This document shows positions 55,943 through 64,000 of a DNA stretch of 64,000 bases, piece after piece. This DNA comes from Octopus vulgaris (taxonomy: Eukaryota), in NCBI GenBank assembly GCA_951406725.2, contig OX597815.1, positions 215,264,001 through 215,328,000 on the forward strand, given 5' to 3'. The notes under the pieces were generated by a model. The model had not been told where the DNA came from. It saw only the letters and a list, made by a program, of their open reading frames with translations, and did not search any database. How positions within the stretch are numbered: position 1 is the first letter of the stretch; the number at the start of each line of letters is the position of its first letter. Position numbers and translations under genes: made by a program.

Positions 55943-56012
<70 letters not shown>

Positions 56013-56314
56013 GGTGTTGTGTGTGTGTGTATATATATATAATTTAAATCAGAGATAAAACCACTACTAGGCAAATCAAGCAGTGAAAACCATAAACCAA
56101 AACATAAAAAAATTAATATAATATACAAACTATATAAACTATAAAATATAAAATTTCAAATTTAAATTATTTAGATTGAAAATTAAAATTATTAATTTAT
56201 ATTTATAAATTTTTATGAATTTTAATTTTTTTTCAATTAAAAACTTTAATATAAGATGTATATATGTATATATATATATATGTGTGTGTATATATATATA
56301 TATATGTATATATA

Positions 56315-56354
<40 letters not shown>

Positions 56355-56389
56355 TAAGAAAGTTGGTTTGTGAAAGCACGTGGTTGAAT

Positions 56390-59182
56390 ATATAGAAAAT
56401 AGTAAAAAATGAAAAAACTACAGAAGGCTTAAAGGTTAAAAAATATATATATTTGCGTCAATATGTCTGAAGAATATTAAAAAAAATTTTTCCTTACAAT
56501 GACATAGTTTAGAAGAAAGACCGGTTTCACGTTTAGCTTTTCAAATTTCTTACGACGTTATGTTTATGTTGAATAGAGTTATCGTTATGTTTATGTTTAA
56601 AAGAGTTCTAACCCTAATAAGGAAAAACCGAAGATAATCAATCTTTCAACCAAACCTCTTTCTAACATAAAAATTGACATCCTCTCAAAAGGGCTCAAAT
56701 TTACACCAACTCCACGCAGAGCCAACCTAAATGAAATCAAGGATAATATAACAGAATTTTGCAGAAAATTAAGACTAGCAGAAGCATCAACCAGTTTCAA
56801 TACTGAAGATGAATCACTAGTCAAGAACAAAAGTGAACACATCCCACACAGAGGAAGAAATAACGATCTTGATGAATTCTGTAACCACATTGAGAACTTT
56901 CCCTACCATAATATACATAAACAGAAAGTTAACTCAAATTTTAACACTACACAATGGAAGGAACTGATAGAACTTCAAAATGATGAGGATATAACCATTA
57001 AGGAAGCAGACAAGGGAAATGCAGTTGTAATAATGGATACATCATACTATAGAAATCTTGTAATTTCCTTGCTTGATGACGACCTACATTATGAAAAAAT
57101 TACCAACTACACCCCACAAAAAATAATGAAAACTCTATCTTCACTAATTAAAACCCATGAAAAGGAACTAACAACCAAAGAGATTGACTTTCTAACAAAC
57201 TTTAAATGCAAACCTAGCCTTTTCTATGGTCTGCCAAAAATTCATAAAAGCCAAATTATAAATGAAACCATTAAAAAATCACTAAAGACATACATACACA
57301 CACCTAACCCGGGGGACCTAAAACTACGACTCATTGTAGCTGGCCCAACCTGTGAAACACACAGACTAAGTCTATTTATGGACATCCTCCTGAAACCCTT
57401 CCTTAAACATATCAATAGCTATATCAGAGATGACTTAGATATGTTAAACCACCTTCCAAAAAAAGCCAAGGAAGAAACAATCCTGGTTTCATTTGATGTA
57501 GTTAACTTATATACCAGTATACCTCATAATTATGGACTAGAGGCAATACAGTTCTGGCTGGACCAATTTCCGGAAGAAATACCAAAAGGATCAGTAAAGA
57601 ATTCATTACTAAATCAATTGAATTCATCCTACATAATAACCACTTCATGTTTGACAATACATTTTACCGTCAAAAATCCGGAATTGCTATGGGTACAAGG
57701 GCAGCACCAGTCATTGCGAACCTAACAATGGGCTACATGGAAATAATCATTTACCAGGAATCTTTATCAATCTTTGGAAACCCCCTTTCTCAATACATAA
57801 AAGAGAATTGGAAACGATTCTTAGACGATTGTTTTATACTCTGGAATGAAAACACAGATAAACTCCTAAAATTTAAAAACCTATTGAACAGCATAAACCC
57901 AAATATACAGTTCACAATGGAATACAACCAAAAGGAGCTCCCGTTCTTGGATATACTAATTAAAAAAATTAACCTTAAAATAGAAACACATTTTTTACAA
58001 AGCCACAGACGCCAAACAATACCTTCTTTTAATTCATGCCACCCAAGACACACTAAAACAAACATCCCCTTCAACCTTGCAAGAAGGATATGCACAATAG
58101 TGTCAGAACAAAATACCAGGAACTTTAGACTGCAAGAACTCAAAAACACCCTAATTGACAGACATTACCCAGCTCAACTCATAGAGGATGGGATCAGACG
58201 TGCAACATAAATCAACATAGAAACTTTAAGAAAAGTTCAACACAACAACACACCTTCCCCGAAAATAGTACCTTACATATCTACATACAACCCCAGAAAC
58301 AAAGAAGCCTTCACCATCATCACCCAGAATTTACCAATACTTCATAAGGACCCCAAATTAAAGGAAATTCTAAACATACACCAAATCATTAAAAGCTACA
58401 AACAACCTAAATCACTTAAAAAGATTCTCACAAAGGCAAAATTGTTTTCTGAAATTACGGATGCAAAAGTAAAAAAATGTGGTAGATCGAACTGTACAAC
58501 ATGTCCAAACCTGCTAGAAGGATCAGAATTCCTCTTTAAAGAGGGACAGAAATTCAAGATCAAATCTAACTTTACTTGTGCTCTGAAAACATAATTTATG
58601 TCATAAAATGCTCGGGCTGCCACCAAGACTACGTGGGATCCACGGGACTATCACTCAGACGTAGATGCACACTGCATCGACAACAGATTACATTCCCAGA
58701 ATACAGAATGATACCTTTTAGTGAGCACATTGAGAAATGCGCAAAGCAACTACTACCACAATTTTTAATCTTTCCATTTTACCAATGTGCTATCGGATCA
58801 TCAACACAAATTAGACTAAACAAGGAAACATTCCTCATTGAAAAGTACAAGCCCAGACTTAACCATGCCAACATACTGATACAGAGAAATTCACACCAAG
58901 AGAAAGGAAAAAATTTTAAGCGATTATCTCCCTTACACCGGAAGAAATCACTCATTACCTCCCCTTATTTAGAACTCTTTTAAACATAAACATAACGATA
59001 ACTCTATTCAACATAAGCATAACGTCGTAAGAAATTTGAAAAACTAAACGCGAAACCGGTCTTTCTTCTAAAGTATGTCATTGTAAGGAAAATTTTTTTT
59101 TAATATTCTTCAGACATATTGACGCAAATATATATATTTTTTAACCTTTAAGCCTTCTGTAGTTTTTTCACTTTTTACTATT

Positions 59183-59190
<8 letters not shown>
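56390..59190 (+). mobile_element. Penelope-like element (RT + GIY-YIG, frameshifted) with about 220-bp inverted terminal copies of its 3' end
   Basis: KEADKG, FYGLPKIHK, SFDVVNLYTSI, GIAMGT, RFLDD, LPFLD, IIYVIKC..C...YVG.T. 56390-56611 is the reverse complement of 58969-59190. Set in (TA)n. Confidence 0.93.
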
Positions 59191-59267
<77 letters not shown>

Positions 59268-59732
59268 CATATATAATCTACAGGATATCAAGTGGTTATG
59301 GTGTTTCAAGCAGCTTAATTTAATTAAACAATAGAATCATTACATCAATTTAAATGCAATGCCATCTTCAGCTGCATAAATAAAGAAATAGAATTTCAAT
59401 AAGTAGGACACTTTAATGTAATTTTTCTCAAATATTTTAACAGAGCAAAAGATGGAGAAATTCATGTTGTCGCTATTCTAGTTAAGAATAGACTACTCTT
59501 CCAAGAATTGCATGGAGCCTGGTTGGGGTGGGGGTCCTTGTGTTGTAAGGGATTGTAATTCATTTCTAAATCATTTATCTCTTTATAAACTACAAAATGA
59601 AAAACTAGAAATCTATTTTGAATATTTATATATGCTCTCCGTATATGTTTGTAACACTTCATGTATCATTGTCCTCAAATCAGCCAGCAGGTCCAAACAA
59701 TATATTTCCAAAATTAACTACTGCTGCTGCTG

Positions 59733-59786
<54 letters not shown>

Positions 59787-59821
59787 GCTTCTTTCATGTC
59801 CATATTTTGCTTCTTTTTCAG

Positions 59822-59936
59822 TATTTTGTGATAAAAGCACAACTTCAACTAACAATGGAGCTTTCTCTTGGCCAATGACAAAAATAGGAACTACTGCGGA
59901 GATCCCATGTCATGGAAATGTAGCCACCAGGCATTG
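59822..59936 (+). CDS. Exon: HRM domain part 1 (IFCDKSTTSTNNGAFSWPMTKIGTTAEIPCHGNVATRHC)
   Basis: ttctttttcag|TA...TG|gttcgt, phase 1-2; C..WPxTxxGxxxxxxC..AxRxC is the class-B/adhesion GPCR hormone-binding motif. Confidence 0.88.
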
Positions 59937-60356
59937 GTTCGTTTGTATTGATTTATTTCTACTCAAAGTTTGAAGTTTTCAGCGTCATCCTATTGTGAGA
60001 GAATGTTACTTGGTAGAGCAAATAACAGCTTTATAGATTAACAAGATAGAATTAAACGTCCATCGGTTGCAATCTCTTGTCCCAGCATTTTTACATTTTA
60101 TACATTATTTGATATAATTTAGCCTTGTCCTAACTATCTAGGTTTGCTTTGTCGCCAATATTATACAAAGCTTTCATTTCATTCGTTTTTATGTTCTGAG
60201 TTCAAATTCCGCTAAGGTCGACTTGTACTTTAATTTTTTCGGGTCGATGAAATAAATACCAATTGAGCACTGGGGTTGGTGTAAACGACTTATCCCTTCC
60301 CCTGAAATTGCTGGCCTTGTGCCAAAATTTGAAACCAATATTAGACAAGGCTTTAT

Positions 60357-60572
60357 GGTGGAGAGCTGGCGGAATCGTTACCATGCCGGACAAAATGCTT
60401 AGCAGCATTCATTCCGACTTTACATTCTGAGATCAAATGCCACCAGGGTCGACTTTGTCCTTCATCCTTTCGGGATCGATAAAATAAGTACCAATTAAAC
60501 ACTGGGGTCTATGTAATCGAATTATCCCAGCCCAAAATAGCTGGTCTTGTGCCAAAATTTGAAATCAGTATT
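60357..60572 (+). mobile_element. tRNA-derived SINE, family 2 (preceded by a tandem partial copy at 60180-60340)
   Basis: gagctggcggaatcgtta...gtcgactttg..ttcatcctttcgg..tcgataaaataagtacca. Paralogs at about 12275-12490 (+), 36935-37082 (-), 43830-44034 (-), 62164-62378 (+). Confidence 0.8.
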
Positions 60573-61357
60573 ATTCAAAGATTTAAAGATTCTTGTAAGT
60601 TCCAGAATTTCACAAAACAATTGTAGGAAAGAAAGCACATACCTAGATACAGCCAATAGAATCTATCGGTGATTCTGTTGGTTTCAGGCTAATATTATTT
60701 ATTCAATTTTATGATTACTATAGAGCTATATATCTTGCTAGTACATGATGGTCATCCTGGGATTTCACTCATCACAGACTATGTAACACGGTCTCTCTTC
60801 TCTCATTTCTACCACGTCATTCCACAGGTTAAGCATCTAAATTGTTCCTCCCAGAGGCTGAGCTTTATTAGTTTTAAGACAAGACCAACTGGTGGAATTA
60901 CTCAAATCTGTGCATATGTAGGAAAATATACATAAATCCATTGCTGCCGCTGTTGCTACCGATGTCTATGGTGGCGAAATATTAGCAACTAATTCCCCCA
61001 TTCAACTTGAACTAACAACTTGGCTCCTTAATTCTGCATCACCTACACCGTTCCAACTAATCTTGTATTGAATAATCATAAAAACAACAAATTATTGTAA
61101 ATAAAAACAGATGCAGGAATATTGTTTTTATATCTGAACTCTAGTTAGAAAATATTTGACATTAGTTTTGAGGATAGGGGTCAGGAGTAAATAATAGATT
61201 TCTCCCCCAAATGCAAGACACCATTTATCCTTCTTTCACTAAATTATGAGTTCAAATCACGACCAGTTCGAAGGTTTCTTATATTCCTCTGAGATTGATG
61301 AAATTCTCCTCAGAATGAATAAACTCGACTGACAATATTTAACATTTATTTTTTCAG

Positions 61358-61500
61358 TTCTTCCAGAACGATGGGGCATCCAGAAATGGCATCAAGTCAA
61401 AACATGTCATCACAAAAGTGTTCACCGTTTACTGGTATCTGGCAAGAACCAGACATGTCTCAATGTTACAATGCAGAACAGAGCAAAGGCATTGATGATG
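61358..61500 (+). CDS. Exon: HRM domain part 2 (SSRTMGHPEMASSQNMSSQKCSPFTGIWQEPDMSQCYNAEQSKGIDD)
   Basis: tattttttcag|T...G|gtgagc, phase 2-1; GxWxxPDxSxC closes the HRM domain. Confidence 0.88.
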
Positions 61501-62163
61501 GTGAGCGAGCAAATTATTTTTAAATGACTTTTACAGTAGTAGAAGTAGCAGGATGAGAAGAAGTAATTTTTGTGAGTGACTTCTGTCTGTTTAAATACGA
61601 CCACTCTGGTGGGGGTGGGGTGGTGAGTGTGTATGTGTATGTCTTTCTATGTCTGTTCCATTATGACTGTCCTGTGTGTGTGTGTGTGTGTGTGTTTGTA
61701 ATTACAATGATTTATCAAAAGGTAATGCAACCTATTCTCCCGTTTGAGTCCTCCAGGAATGTGTCCATCTCGTTCAACGGCAAATCATTTGACTCACTTG
61801 TGGAAACGTTATGAAAGAATTTACTTTGGAGAGTTGAGTTCATTATTGTAATATCGTTAAAAGCACGTTTTCGTAAACATTCTGCAGACAGGCTGAGTAG
61901 AGAGAGAAGCAGAAAAACAACAGGGATATTACTGGTACATATCTCTTTGCATACATTACGTTGGAGCGGTGGTTGTAGAATCTTCAAATATTCAATGACA
62001 TACCCTACATATCTGTTTGTCATAGAATATAAGCAATTTACTTCTCTCAAATGTCATTATGGCACTGTCAAATTGAATAGATTTTCATATGCATTTAGTG
62101 ATGTGATGATTTCAATTTCTCATTAGACCATTATGAAAACTTATCACTATTAATCCTTAAATT

Positions 62164-62378
62164 AGGCGGTAAGCTGGCAGAATCGTTAGCAGAGCGGGAG
62201 AAATGCTTTGCAGTACTTCGTCTGTCTTTACGTTCTGAGTTCAAATTCCGCCGAGATTGACTTTGCTTTTCATCATTTCTGTGTCGATAAAATAAGCGCA
62301 AGTTGAGCTCTGGGTCAATGTAATCAACTTAACCCCCTACACCGAATCGGCTGGTCACGTACCAATGTCTGAAATATG
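62164..62378 (+). mobile_element. SINE family 2 copy
   Basis: ggcggtaagctggcagaatcgttagc...gagttcaaattccgccgag (A/B boxes). Confidence 0.78.
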
Positions 62379-62510
62379 TATTATTCTGTTTATTATGCTC
62401 TTTTATTTACACGATTCTTTCATTTCATGTTCATTCATCGTTTACAATGCTCCCTTCTCCCTCCCCCACACGCTCCCTCTCTCTCTCTCACTCACACCCA
62501 CACACACACA

Positions 62511-63060
62511 GATGGAATCAATCACCACGACATGAAGGAAAATGGAAAAAGAGGGCACTTTTGGCGAGTGAACAAAATATTGGTTTGAAAGCTGGAAAAC
62601 TGAAGTGGACAGAAAAGCTAAAGGAGATGGATAGGAAGTCAAGAAAGGTCCTAACGATGTAAGAAGCCCATCATCCACATGCAGATCTCGATCGACGATA
62701 CACGAAGAGAGCGAATGGAAGAAAGGGACTGATAAGTGTGGGAAACTGCGTGCGTTTCGAACTCGAAGGCTTAATGAGATACCGAACCCAAAGTAAGGAA
62801 ACCTTACTAGTGACAGTTAGGAATGAGGAAGTATTGAAAGCAGGAAAAACGAAGGAAGAAACACAAAAAGAAATGAAGAAGAATGGCGCAAGAAGGGAGA
62901 ACACAATGAATTTCCATATAACAAAAAGTAGGTGGGATTGGCTGATGAAAGGAATTCTAAAGAAAGAGACCGAGAACACTATATTGGCAGCGCAAGAGTA
63001 AGCTTTGGCCACAAACTGGAGGGTCGACATTAGAATGAGCAAGTGTCCAGGAACTCCCAC
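62511..63060 (+). mobile_element. Decayed RLE-type LINE fragment
   Basis: Same start as the 50045 copy; continues to SRWDWLMKGILKKETENTILAAQE (cf. SQQWL..GLKAETEGFLIAAQD). Confidence 0.78.
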
Positions 63061-63434
63061 AATGCAAGCCTCAAGGAATTCCTACAAAACCTCTGATAAA
63101 GAGAAATAATAATAATCAAAATAAAGAAATTTGACAAAACTAATAAGTTGCTGAAAATATGTGGAGCTCAACATCCGAAAGCAGATATCAACCGACTGTA
63201 ATTAAGGAAAGATCAGACTGGGAGATGCTTAATAGCAACAGAAGAATGTGTAGAGATGGAAAAAAAAGTTTAGCCGAGTATTTACAATGTGGCACAGAAA
63301 AACTACTAAAGACTGAATAAAAAGGCAGGTAAAAGCAGACTTCTCTTGCTATAATTCTAATGAAAAGGCCTGCAAGTGTGAAAAGTGCAGAAACTGTATC
63401 CAAAAAGCCTAATTAAGCGGCGCGACAGAGAAAA

Positions 63435-63735
63435 GGCCCCAGTACTTATTCTTTGTAAGCCTAGTATTTATTCTATCGGTCTCTTTTGCCGAACCGCTAA
63501 GTTACATGGTCGTAAACACACCAGCATCGGTTGTCAAGCGATGTTGGAGGGGGGGAACAAAAACAGGCACAAACATATACACACATATACACACATACAC
63601 ACACATAGATATATATATATACATATACATATATACGACAGGCTTCTTTCAGTTTCCGTCTACCAAATCCACTCACACGGTTTTGGTCGGCCCGAGGCTG
63701 TAGTAGAAGACACTTGCCCAAGGTACCACGCAGGT
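63435..63735 (-). mobile_element. Truncated SINE family 1 copy
   Basis: acttattctttgtaagcctagt...gacacttgcccaagg is nearly identical to 5110-5355. Confidence 0.8.
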
Positions 63736-64000
63736 TCTTCCTGAAATTTCAATTGAAAGCTATTCTCCTTCCAAACGATAATATCCCTCTTCCTTGCACA
63801 CAATGTATCCCTCGCACACAGGGTAATCAAATAATAAAAACCGCTTTAGATATTTCTTTTGCGTTCTATTTTACTGTGCTTTTATTATTGTCATTTTCCT
63901 TGTAACTGTAGGCTTTTTCTTTCAAAACCCATAAAAATGGCCATTGGATGGTTTTGTATTGCTGGAAAGGAACACTCATATTCTAATACATATGTATGCA

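Larger units (their letters stand above)
11606..61500 (+). other. Multi-exon gene, 3'-incomplete: LRR - Ly6/uPAR-like - SEA-like - HRM receptor ectodomain, probable adhesion GPCR
   Basis: 21 exons with AG/GT sites (one exception, at 15476). Phases chain correctly: phase 2 through the LRRs, then 1,0,1,0,2,1,2,1. Total 2029 coding nt = 676 codons + 1 with no stop. The aGPCR call rests on the HRM domain following adhesion-type domains; GAIN/7TM is not seen in the window. Confidence 0.85.

Noticed and set aside
61715-62050. 111-aa minus-strand ORF, and a possible next phase-1 exon near 62026
   Set aside because: No recognisable motif, no GAIN-like sequence and no convincing donor.

Overview
AT-rich, microsatellite- and retroelement-dense animal genomic DNA; the SINE/LINE repertoire suggests an octopod cephalopod (inference). 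The dominant feature is absent from the ORF track: a spliced + strand gene (first coding exon 11606-11816, last visible exon 61358-61500, continuing past the window). I joined 21 exons by hand, and they read as one open frame of 676 codons with consistent intron phases: signal peptide, LRRNT, 12 single-LRR exons, LRRCT, a 12-Cys Ly6/uPAR-like three-finger domain, an SEA-like domain and a hormone-receptor (HRM) domain. This is most likely the ectodomain of an adhesion GPCR whose GAIN/7TM part lies downstream. Eleven LRR exons form a recently amplified array of two cassette families (A and B) embedded in roughly 10 kb of (TTC)n/(TCC)n tracts. All are frame-symmetric phase 2-2, and their differences cluster on the concave-face residues. 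The rest is decayed R4/Dong-type LINEs in (AAT)n, Penelope-like elements (two with inverted structure and hammerhead-like motifs), Tx1/CR1/RTE remnants, tRNA-derived SINEs, a MITE and simple repeats. Exon coordinates were counted by hand; repeat boundaries are approximate. No searches were run.
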